Part shown: in pieces, positions 1 to 11,607 of the stretch
Layout of the letters: each line of letters opens with the position of its first letter
Position numbering within the stretch: the stretch's first letter is position 1
Origin: Octopus bimaculoides
Lineage: Eukaryota
Assembly (NCBI RefSeq): GCF_001194135.2
Contig: NC_068989.1
Coordinates: 61,264,985-61,314,736, forward strand
Length of the DNA: 49,752 nucleotides
Reading direction: 5' to 3'
Translations under genes and position numbers: made by a program
The notes under the pieces: model-generated
The model's input: only the letters and a program-made list of their open reading frames with translations
Told to the model about the DNA's origin: nothing
Database searches by the model: none

Positions 1-196
<196 letters not shown>

Positions 197-3100
197 TATT
201 CGTATCTGTGTGCAAAATTTATTCACAATATTTACTATTTATTTGGGAAACGCTATTGCAAGACAACTGTTTGAATTTACAAACATTCCTGTATTTTTAA
301 ACGTGAATTTCTAGAGTGTTTTACAAACCTTAAATCTCCATTATCATCAGTTATATTTAATCAGCATTTAGCGATCAATAATGGACAGTGTTTGCTGTGC
401 AATCCAATTTATTAAGCATTCCGTAGTACTACATAATCACGTTCCATACTGACAGGCAATTCTGATGTAAAATATACAACACTGGATTAAATACATACAA
501 TTTTTGTATTAGTCATTAGATATATTTGCGATATGAAATAGAGTTTTTCTTCATAGCTTAGTAAACTCTGTATAGACTTTTTTCATTTCTTTAGTTTCGT
601 TTTCATTATATTCATATAGTATTATATCTAGTCGGTTTAAATCTTCGAAGAGGGCTACAATACTAGTTGAAGGAAGGTAAAAATGATTATTTATATTCCA
701 TTGATTAAACGTTTTGACATAACTTTACATCTTTCCCTCCTTTGTGCAAAAAAAATTTTGCAGTTATAATTTAACAGTAGACCACTTGTGTCTAATACTG
801 AAATCGACGTTATGTTGTCCTTGTTTGATCTCATCAACATTTAGAAAGATCCAGGTATGGCATCTTAATTCCTTCACTCTTTGTTTATCAACTAATGTTC
901 AGTGTACCGCTTGTGTAGAGTAGAGGTGTTATGTCGCTGCAATATAATGGTGATTCATTATTTGTATACAGCAATATATTTTTAATTAATAAAAAAAAAT
1001 GAAGTTATTCACTGAAGGAGACAATAGTTCGTCTATTCTCTGTTGGGCTTGTTTTCGCTAGGTTTAACCTCCAAAATGTTTGAGAAGACAAAACGAAGAC
1101 ATAATGTGCATATAGAAATTTTTATTTCACAGTTTTATTATACAGATTATTTTTAAAACATCATCCATTCTATTAAGGAATATAGTATGAACAAATAAAG
1201 TAGACTTTCTTCTTTACAAATGCTGTAGTAAACAATGCAAAGGAGAATGCAAGTAAATAGATTTGATATAAAGTATTAACCATGCAAGACGTGTGAAAAT
1301 ATCTTATAAAATTCCAACTAAAATTTATCATATATCAATATTTTGTATTATCAAACGCCTAATGGTTCTCTGTTATTTATTGCGATTACAAACTTTTCTC
1401 TAAGTCAAAAGCAGCTGGTTGTTTCGTACTACGCATTGAAAACGCCATCTTAAAAAGCAACATCTGTACAGGATTTATGAAATAAAATATAACATATGAA
1501 CTCTATAACAGAATATACTTTTCTCAAAATAAATTGTTTTGCTCGGTTCTATGTGCTTCCTGTTTTTACTTTATTCAAATTGTAAATTTACGTCATCTAT
1601 ATATGCAAAAAGAAATCAAGGAAAATAAAATTGAAAGAAGAAAAGTAAATTTCCAGGAATGAATTTACAAATATAAATAATTTTGCCATACCTTTTTAAA
1701 GTACACTTTATATTTTATTTTTATGTATTTTAAATTATTCGCTGTTTATGACAAGTGTTTCAGCTAAAACTACTAATTTGTAAAGGAAATGTAAATAAGA
1801 ACTACACAGAAGATATTGCTAATACTGTTTTCCGCCTAAATAGCTCTCTAGAATATTCTGAAAGAATGTTAAATACCAATATAATATAAAAACATATATC
1901 TACGTCTATAACTTGGAAATAATATTTACCATTTTAACATTGGCCTCTGTAATAGCATTATTGTATCCGAATTTTACCAGGATATTACAAAATTAATTAC
2001 GGCTAAATTGCCACAACAAAAGACATTGATGCTTCGGGAGATATTCATCAGTTCACATGTGAGTTGAGATGATTCACGTGGTTTCTGTATCAATGGAAAA
2101 TCGAAATACTGATTAGACACAATAGTAGTTAACGATCCCGTATTCTAATTCAATGTTCAGGTATCCCAGTGTATTTAGCCGAACATTTAAACTTGCATTG
2201 ACATCAATTTGCTTAACTTTCAACGTAGAATGGGATCCTAACTATTGAGCACCAGTTTTGGGCCTCTGTTGGTCATGGTTGTAATGTCTTTGATTATATT
2301 CTTGTTCAAAATGCTTTCCGGTAGGTTTTAAAGCAGCAAAACTAATGCCATTTATCTATGTGGCCAACCTTTGCAAGAATGCATTATTCAAATGTATATT
2401 GAATGGAAATACTCCCATTAACATTTGTTAGATTGCAATATACTGTTTTTTGTATTCTTATGATTTGATGAACGCAGTAACTAACAACTAAGATATTGCA
2501 CAGCAAAATCTAACTAGTACCCCCAAAATTATGTTTAAACATTAGTATTTGAATGGAGAGTTTGTTGTGATGAGAATCACTGAATATGCTTGATGTGTAT
2601 CGGCCTATTCTACAATGTAGTCATCATGTAAAGGAATAAAAAAAAATAGATAAATATCAAACATAGTTGTGCCAAGGTGTTGCTATAATAATGTTGATAA
2701 ATTAGTTTGATAAAACTTTTCAAGGGAACTAAGTAAAAATATAGAATTCATATTAACATATTTCCATAGTAAAGAAGGCGGCTTGTTTATTTATTGTTGC
2801 AAGACATAAGTTCATGAACGGGACCGTATTCCGAAATTTTCCAGAGAGAAATCCAAATTCATTATGACACAGTTAGTGCAAAACTTCAAATTAGGGTGGT
2901 AGTAACTTGAGAAATACAAACACACTGCTTTCAAACGGACTAACATGAATAATAAAAACAACGTGAAGCGGTTATAACTTTGAATCAATAACAGACGAGA
3001 GACTTATCTTCAAGTTTACAATAATGTGTCGACCATAAAAATTTTCTATAATATTCGTTTATTTCTCACACTTTCATTATACTCAATCCTATTGTCTGTG

Positions 3101-3431
3101 AAATATTCTAACCTTTAGCTAGATCAATACATAACGCTGGGGTTACATTGGACAAATTTATCTGCGATTTCATGTATATATTTACACAAAGACTACTTCT
3201 TCACCATAGCAACGTAGAACATATCAACACTTCTTTTGATGTCATTCGAAAACGAAAATCAATATAGTCAGATCAGTGAAATTACGGTTGATGCTTGGAA
3301 ACCAAACACGCATTATATATACATGCATCAGAACAACGATGAATGCAGCCATCCATTCACGTTTATGTTTAGATATGTCTAAATATTAGGGAATGGATGT
3401 GTTGATCTGTATTAAATCACCTATACATGCG

Positions 3432-3432
<1 letters not shown>

Positions 3433-3480
<48 letters not shown>

Positions 3481-3665
3481 ATGTATGTATATGTATGTAC
3501 AGTACGTAAATATATATATATATATACATCTATATATATAGATATATGCGTTTGTGTGTGTATGTGTGCCAATATATATACATATACATATATACATATG
3601 CATACATACATACATACATACATACATACATACACACATATATCCATACATATATATACATATAA
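3433..3665. repeat. Compound microsatellite (TA)n/(TATG)n/(TACA)n
   Basis: Read directly; explains the overlapping ORFs at 3417-3789. Confidence 0.95.
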
Positions 3666-4728
3666 TAATATAGGGCGTATGTTGTACCTGCAAAAGGGAC
3701 CGGGTTTCTTGAATGCCCAAGAAATATCTACGATATTCTCAGTTCTAGGGAAAGCTAAGTTCTTAAAAATCAGAAGTCATACAGACTGAAATATATAGGA
3801 ATTAGAGGTCACGTAACTTAGTAAGTAATTTGGCTTAACAGTGTCTTGCGGGGCAGGACTTATATTTGTCAAGGAAACCGTGATAATTATAGATATAAAG
3901 GCTCATCACCACCACACATATACACACAAACATGTATATGCATATACGACTTCCCTCTCATGAACCTAACCTCATTGTCAAATATGTTCCACTGTTTTGT
4001 AAATCTAGAGTTGTACTTCGAATAATATTTTTGCTATGTTTCATAGGTGTCAGACTAATTTCCTGATAGGAAAGACATGTGACTCCTAATATTCCCTCTC
4101 AACGTATTTGTCCTCATCAACCGGGCATGTAATAAAATTTGTCCCAGTCGTGACTTTCCTGTTGTTCTTTTTATATCAGTATTAACCTATTCTGTATCAC
4201 CTTCCGGCCTGAGATATAATGTATTATTTGTATGGTGACTATTTCTAGCATTTCAGGTCACCACTCTATAGACACGCATTTGTAGACACATATAATCTGT
4301 GACTGTGTGCGTGTGTATGTCCACATTAACATTTGTGGAGTAAATTTTGATCTTACGATAATACTTTGCGCATTCGAGTATGCATCAGTTAGTTCGGGTC
4401 ATACCCTTTTTGTTCTTCTAGATAATTAAGCTACGGAAGACTAATAAAGCGTTTTGTTCTTGTTTGAATCGTTTATGTACAAACTAAATCGTCTAGTAGA
4501 GCAAATAATTAGGCATTGATAACAGACTAAGCTGTTAACGAGTTTAAACATAGCTTTGGTATATATTCTGACATTTTCAATGAATTTGTTATTTCTTACT
4601 TGGAAATATGTTGCGAGATAAATTTCAGAGTTATAACTAATACAGAATGTAGATGTTATAGGAATGTGCCAGGAGTTAAATAGCTTAAGGATATTCCGCA
4701 TATTTAGTTCATACATATTTATATATAT

Positions 4729-4915
4729 NNNNNNNNNNNNNNNNNNNNNNNNNNNNNNNNNNNNNNNNNNNNNNNNNNNNNNNNNNNNNNNNNNNNNNNN
4801 NNNNNNNNNNNNNNNNNNNNNNNNNNNNNNNNNNNNNNNNNNNNNNNNNNNNNNNNNNNNNNNNNNNNNNNNNNNNNNNNNNNNNNNNNNNNNNNNNNNN
4901 NNNNNNNNNNNNNNN
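4729..4915. other. Assembly gap (N-run) flanked by (TA)n
   Basis: Run of N. Other gaps are at 9488-9497, 36498-36664, 40627-41154 and 44654-44663; most abut microsatellites, typical of a short-read scaffold. Confidence 0.99.
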
Positions 4916-4929
4916 ATATAGGTAAATAG

Positions 4930-5286
4930 ATACACTTCATGTACAACATTGAAATCTATCCTGGTTTCTGATTAATCTAGTGATTCTGAATCCCTAGTTC
5001 TTCTTATGTTGGCTACATTGGAAGCTCTCCTAGACTAAGCTCGTTCAGGTGTTTCTAATGACCATTCTCTCCACTTGGTAAGAGTATTTGATGCTCTCCT
5101 GGAAGCAGCTTGTTCAAGAGTTTGAGAGACCCTAAATATTTGCATATTTTCAGCATTGGAAGCTCTCCTGGCTGCCATTTCATCTGATTCTTCATTTACA
5201 CTGGATTTGCTTTTCCTCGCTGCAGCCTTGATTCTTTTGATTGCAATCTGGTCCTCTGTTGGAAGAGATTTATTTTTATGAGGCAT
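4930..5286 (-). pseudogene. Decayed ORF with 23-aa STPR-like repeats, probably a Helitron Rep/helicase N-terminus
   Basis: The minus frame reads MPHKNKSL...AARRASNAENMQIFRVSQTLEQ-AASRRASNTLTKWREWSLETPER-A*SRRASNVANIRRTRDSESLD*. The plus-strand motif GCTCTCCT recurs at 5024, 5093 and 5162, an exact 69-nt period. There are two in-frame stops. The Helitron assignment is inferred from family knowledge. Confidence 0.55.
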
Positions 5287-7828
5287 ACTACAGCCGTATG
5301 TGATAGGTAAAAATAAACCACAGAAGAACTGAAAATTGATCGCTGTATTGAATTATTACACTAATATTTAAGCCTACTTTTTAAAAGTTCAACGATACTT
5401 CTTCCGCCACCACTTAATTTAAAGACAATTTGATGTACGTAGGTTCTTACTTTTCGTTCAAATAATTATTTCTATTTCATGGGTGACTTTCGCTGGATTT
5501 CACAATTTATTTCGATTATTCTCAAATTTATTTCCATGTTATAAAAATTGTTATATTAATATGCTAATACCTAAGTAGATACGTACGTACGTACCTGTGG
5601 TGTGTGTCACACTTAGTTGAAAGGATGAAGTAAAAAAAGGAGAAATGAAACTTGTTAAGAAGAAGAAGTATAGTTGAAGGGGCAAAGCGGCAAAGAATAG
5701 GGAGTAAGAGGGAGTGAGACAGTGAAAGAGAGAGAAAGGGAGAGGGCATTGATAGCGCTGAGAGGTAAGAGAAATATACTGCATTAAACACAGGAGAAAT
5801 GTTAGAGGCAAGGAGACATAAAAGTGGGAGAGAGATTTAGAGAGATAGATTGAGTGAACGAAAGGAGCAGATAGAGAATGATAGTGGAAGAGAATGAAGC
5901 TACTCTCAGAGAGAAAACGCTGGAAATCTTTTCGTTTTGGACGATATATGATAAAGCCATTGTGGCTGATATTCTATGTCAATTTTCTAGAAAGTTATGA
6001 GATAGAAAATGTCAGGTTCTGTGAATTTTCCGAAACTCCTCACCCTAGCCCCTTGGAAAAAATTGTTTCCAACAAATCTTAACATACGCTCAATCAACAA
6101 GATCTAAACGATTATTTATGGAATTTAAGAGGCAACGAAGTAGATGGGGTATGCATCTGTAGTTTTGCCCATAATTATTCGATAGTCATTATATGAAATC
6201 ACTATTTACAGATGCTTACAGCTTGTATATTTTCCGTGAAGTTTTTACGCGTCCAGCTAATAAAAAATTGTTATCGTACAAAATAATTTGTTGCAAAAAT
6301 CACGAAAAATTCGGCGAAAACAATCGCAGAAATGAAAACTTGGGAATCCAGAATTTCAGGATTGCAGGTCTGGATTCGGCCCGGAATGTGTTTAATTTAC
6401 TCACTGATTCGGCCTATTTCCAAAATGGTATGATATGTTGTGCTACGGCGTCTTGGAATGACACTCGCATTTATTAAATTAGATTTCATAATAATACCTG
6501 CGAAAAGTGACCGAGGTGCTTGTATATCCAAGAAATATCTACGGTATTCTCAGCTCTTCCTGAGAAAGCTAAATAAAGATTCGTTTTTAAAAACGAAATC
6601 AATGGGGAATATTGCTGGAATTTATAGAGATTCAAATATTATACAAATTAGACGTCATCTGTATTAGTTATCCCTCCGAAATTTCATCTCACAACATAAT
6701 TGCAAGTATGAAACAACACCACACTAAAAATAGATTAAGGCACAGAGTGTCAAGTTTTCTATTTGTCACACAATGCAATAGTGGTGCGTTGTTGTCAATA
6801 TAGGCTATAGTGGTATTCTTCATAGAAAGCATGAAGACACTGGTTTAGCTACAATATGTTGTTTCTATAGGTTATTTTCATTCTTTCATTGTTGTCTCCC
6901 TTCACTGTCACCGTTCCAGTAAATTCAATGTTAGTTCTGCAGCTACATGTATTTTTTTCCTTTCACCGGAGAATTATGAATGTATTAGTAAAGAATCATT
7001 TGTGTTGGATGATCATACAGTGTTAAGTTAGTGCAGTGTGGGTCTTGTGAGATTTAATAATACAAGTTAAACATGCACGCACGCGCACACACACATACGC
7101 ATGCAATATCCTTTACAACACGCCTCTCGAAAAACAAAAATATTTTCGTCGTAAGTTAATCATATCCATATCCAATATCTCAATCAAATATTTAATCATG
7201 GAACGTTCAGCTAATTTTTTCAGCTTACGGTTTTCCATTTGAAAAATCAGAGAAATCAATAGGTATGATTATGTATCTTCAAACGTTGAAAACACAAATA
7301 TCAATATTAATTCAAACATACATAATATTTCATCAAGATAAACCAATATTTTTAAGCAAGAAAATATTTTTTATCATCTACGTATTACATATATTATTTG
7401 AATCATGTGAATCACTCCACCTCAACGACACATGCACATTCACACACACAGACACACTTTGCCGGAACGAACATTTTAAAACAATTTAGCTAACTCACTT
7501 GAAGATGTTTCTTGCAATATTCTCCGATAGTTTCTTGTTATTCAAACTGTATTACACTCTCTAATTCCTAACTTACTCCCTCATTATCTTTCTATTGGTA
7601 TGTCTCCACTCATATTCTAATACTATATTTTGATATTCCGATATTCTGGTATTTGCAAACAGGCTACTGTGTGTCACTTTTGAATGAAGTTTAAACTCTT
7701 TGACGCTGCTTATCGCTTCCAAAATCAGTCGTTCCATCACGTTCACTTCCAGCGTCTGTTACGCGATAGAGTAAAGAATTAAAAAAACACTTTCACCTTT
7801 ATATTAAATAACTATTTCTCTACGCCCC

Positions 7829-7862
7829 CCTCTCTCTCTCTCTCTCTCTCGTTCTCTCGCTC
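7829..7862. repeat. (CT)n microsatellite
   Basis: Read directly. Confidence 0.9.
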
Positions 7863-7899
7863 TTTATGGATCCCAAGAAAGGGGGTCTCAGAAGGCAGT

Positions 7900-8800
7900 T
7901 GTTATGTTAACCTAAATTTCCATTTCCTTGACTTCTCGCTCTCAGAAAAACGTACGTGATAACTGTTTTGATATTTTGAATACGAAGTTTTGTGATATTG
8001 CTTCATTCCGACTTGATCTCAAGCAGATATTTACAGACTCATACTATGAAATTGGTATGCGACAGTGTTTGTCTTTATTTTAAAGACTCTCACTTACGTA
8101 TCGACATGCTGTGTTCTCCAAGACTTACCGCTCTTCAAGTTATATTGCCTGTCAATCCTTATTAATTTCTTCCACCCAATTGTCATTCCCTGCTAAACTA
8201 GACACATCAGACGCAAATCTTCTGCTTGTGTGCCTATTTTGTAATAGAATTATGTCAGAGTTAACTCCCTTTGTAGTACAGAGTCGGTCAATACACGTAT
8301 CGGCAGAAATATCTATGATAAAAGTGAATAAAAAAGAATACCCGCATTTAAAAATACCATGCCATCAGAGACTCTATGGTTATCACTACCAGTGAGGTTC
8401 ACTCGCGTCCAAATTACATCTTCGAATTATCATCCCACACAACTTCCAAACACAGACAAATCTACTGATTGATATGAAATCACAATCAAGTGTTACCCAT
8501 GGATGTACTGTTTCCTATCGCTATCAATCTTACCGCTACTATCTCAACTTGTCTGAGATGATTGGTGTCGTGTAACATTTACTTAGTCACGCTCGACTAA
8601 CTTTTCATTATCATGCTATCCACAGTCTGTTGAACTTTTCTCTTTGTGCATCATATACTTTTCCTGACAGATCTACATTGACCCACGCCAAATAGTTTAT
8701 GCTAATATCTGCAAATTTTCAAGAGAGATGCTAACCGCATTGGGCTCATTCATTTCGAAGTCGCTAGTTTAAATGAAACGATACAAATACCTTCATATAT
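7900..8800 (-). mobile_element. Very degraded LINE AP-endonuclease-like remnant (CR1/L2-like)
   Basis: Scattered minus-strand peptide patches: PNAVSISLENLQ (like YTNAxSLxNK), EDVIWTRVNLTG (like ExLWxxI) and RTQHVDT (like FLxQHVxxPT). Many stops and frameshifts. Confidence 0.3.
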
Positions 8801-9349
8801 TGATAACAATAACCGATATGAATGACAACTGATCAATTCATGTTTTCAGTATGAGTAAGGCAGAAGCTGCCTATTGACAGTAATTCACCAATCTATAGAC
8901 AGTACTCAACCGATTGACGTCAGTATGCCTTATCAGTACTCCGCTTATTACATTTAAGAGAGTTGGGCACTGAGAGGTAAACTAAGAATCTTTAAAAACG
9001 AAACCGATTGCCAAAATGGTGTATATTCTTATGGCATGCATTCGACTTTAAAATCTATTGCTTATGTAGTCTAAGCTATTCAGATAATTCTAAACTATTT
9101 ATATAAATTGGAGATAATTTTCGAAATAAATTATTCTAAGGGCATTACTGTTTTCTTCACATTGGCAAGATGGAGATAGCAGTAATTGCAGAATAGTATA
9201 ATGTCAGTGAATCAATATTGATAAAACATACGACGTTGGTTAGATTCATGCGTGCATACATTTGAGGGACGCTAAAAAGTAATTGTTGTGTGATGGGATG
9301 GATACCAACGACTTTAATCTTTACCTATATGCCTTTCTCGACGGAGAAA

Positions 9350-9870
9350 TATTTGTGTGTGTTTGTGTGTGTATATATATACATATACATACATACATAA
9401 TTATATATACATATATATACACTTATATATGTGTGTGTATATAAATATATATATATATATAATCATAAATATATAGGGATTGACAGTNNNNNNNNNNGTG
9501 TGTGTGTATGTGTGTGCATAAATATATATATCATATACATGCATATATATGATATAAATACATACATACATATATATATACATATTATATACATATATAA
9601 ATATGTATACAGACCCTTAAATATACATAGAAATACATAAACCTGTTTGCAATGAAGAAACATTCTTTTTGATAACATGTTAAGCTTCTGAGTCTTTAAT
9701 GAGAGAGAGAGAGCGAGAAAGATTAGGCGGGAGAGATGTACATACATATGCATGTATACATGCATATATACATATACAAACATATATAATTACATATATA
9801 ATTACACACATAAACACACCACGCACAGACGCAAACACAAAAACACACTCACAGAAATACACATACATGC
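9350..9870. repeat. Compound (TA)/(CA)/(TACA)/(GA) microsatellite region
   Basis: Read directly; explains ORFs 9401-9913. Confidence 0.9.
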
Positions 9871-9874
9871 ATTC

Positions 9875-10032
9875 ACGTCTACCAAATACACTCCGTCTTC
9901 CAAATACACTCACAAAGTTTGGTTGGCCCGAAGTTATAGAAGATACTTGCCCGAGGTGACACGCAGTGGGACTGAAACCGGAATCATCTGGTTAGGAAGA
10001 AAACTTGTTACCGCACAATCACGTCTGCACCT
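9875..10032 (-). mobile_element. tRNA-derived SINE (family C)
   Basis: The minus strand reads AGGTGCAGACGTGATTGTGCGGTAACAAG...CCGGTTTCAGTCCCACTGCGTGTCACCTCGGGCAAGTATCTTCT...GGTAGACG: a tRNA-like A/B-box head, then a CCTYGGGCAAG motif, running into a (TG)n/(TA)n tail. It contains an internal 18-bp tandem duplication (9875-9892 and 9893-9910). Confidence 0.75.
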
Positions 10033-11607
10033 ACATATATATAGTCACACCCTTATATGGAAATTTCCGTTTATTTTGTAACCCTCTGCTCCATATTATT
10101 TTCGTTGTTTTCGTTTCTGTCTAGGAAATTTTCTTTTTTGTTTCAATCTCAAAAAGATCACCTTCTTTTCTTCTCTCAACTCATCTTATATCGCTGGCCA
10201 GGTTTTCATGTCCTCTGTCTGCTAAACTATCTTTCTATTTAAAAAAAAAATCTAACCCTTGCTCTACTCTTTTCTGTCGCTATACTGATTTCTCTCTAAC
10301 TCTGTCAATTCCTGTCTTTCTCTGAATGTGACTATGTATGTATCTTGATCATTATTTCATATTGTGAAATAATCAATATTTCAGGAACTATGTTACATGA
10401 GTAGCCGTCTTGGCAGTTAATAACAATCTTAATTAGTATCAATTCATTCAATATCCTGTGTGCAATATTTTTTTAATGATAACTTAAAGCTTAAAGCTAT
10501 GATTTTCATACAACACATACAGAAATAAAAAAAATATCGAAAGATGAATATGTTTATTAAATTACAAAAACGGAAAAAAAATATCTTTTCATATTCAAAT
10601 TTTTGAGATCTTTAAATGGTCGGCATCCCACATTCATGAGTGTTTTGGAAAATATATTTATTGAATTATCTAACGTTTCATTGTCAGCTTCGGATTCTAG
10701 TACAGCAAAATGGTGGAGACTATTCACTCCTAAAATGATTCTTAATTCAGAATAGACTTTTATGAAGACACGACCATCCGCAATACAACAATACATTAAA
10801 AATAATACGATTGTTGTATAAATACAATGTAATACATATAATTGTACTGAAAGAGGTAAATACAATCTTAATGTATCCATTTCCAACTGGGTATGATAGC
10901 GACAAAATCCACTAAATTAACCACAAATAAACTTCCCTTGCTCAAAGTTGTGAATCTACTATAAAACTAATGAATCTTAAGATTCAGGGCTCCTAATCCT
11001 GGAGGATCCCCTCTGAGGCAACTTAAGTTTTTCATTCTGTCAATTTTTTTTGTTTTTGTATTTTGACATGCAGATTTCTGTTAGCAGTCTTAGTGGACAG
11101 CATCATCTCATACTCCTATGCAGAGTCTAGACAAGTAGTGTCTTGCCACAAGCTATTCCACTCAGTGTCAGTGTGGAGTGGAATAAAAACGAAAAGTACA
11201 AAGAACTCGCAGATAATTCACATTTCTTGAATTATTTGGGAAAATTCATCTCCGCCCCGCCCATTGCCAAATATGTCTACATCGTCAAATATGTCTACAA
11301 ATATGTGTACATCAGCACAGAAGAGATAAGAGTTCTTATTTTCTCAGCGGTACACCATTATTAAATGACCAATGAAAAGGTTTGCCTCCTAATTTTGGAC
11401 TCACAATCTTTCAGAAACAAAGCAATTTTTCTACTTTAAAAATTGTTTGAATATTGTCTTGTACAAAATGAACAATTCGTCATTTATGACTATATATTAA
11501 ACTGTAGACCCTTATCTTGATTGATCTCTGTTTTGCTGTGATAATGAAAATATTACGTTATTTTATTTTTACACAGACGTCTCGGCCCCAAGAGGAATAG
11601 CAATATC

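Noticed and set aside
1950-2420. Coding-looking stretch with DIDASG (cadherin-like) on plus and IDVNA on minus
   Set aside because: All frames I translated have several stops, and no ordered cadherin (LDRE, DxNDNxP) or ankyrin motifs are present.
4441-4720. Open minus frame with a CYQC motif downstream of the STPR-like ORF
   Set aside because: It does not match the Helitron CxxC..E..CC..G zinc motif well and is separated from the ORF by a gap and (TA)n.
5600-5890. Purine-rich tract (and the pyrimidine-rich tract at 39890-40250) giving S/F/L-rich or poly-H ORFs
   Set aside because: Low-complexity, decayed GA/CT repeat sequence with no coding signature.
10557-10886. Minus ORF loosely resembling a hAT C-terminus (IKVYSELR..LHHFAVLESE..LDNSINIF)
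   Set aside because: Similarity is too weak by eye and the diagnostic ERxFS motif is absent; it needs an HMM search.
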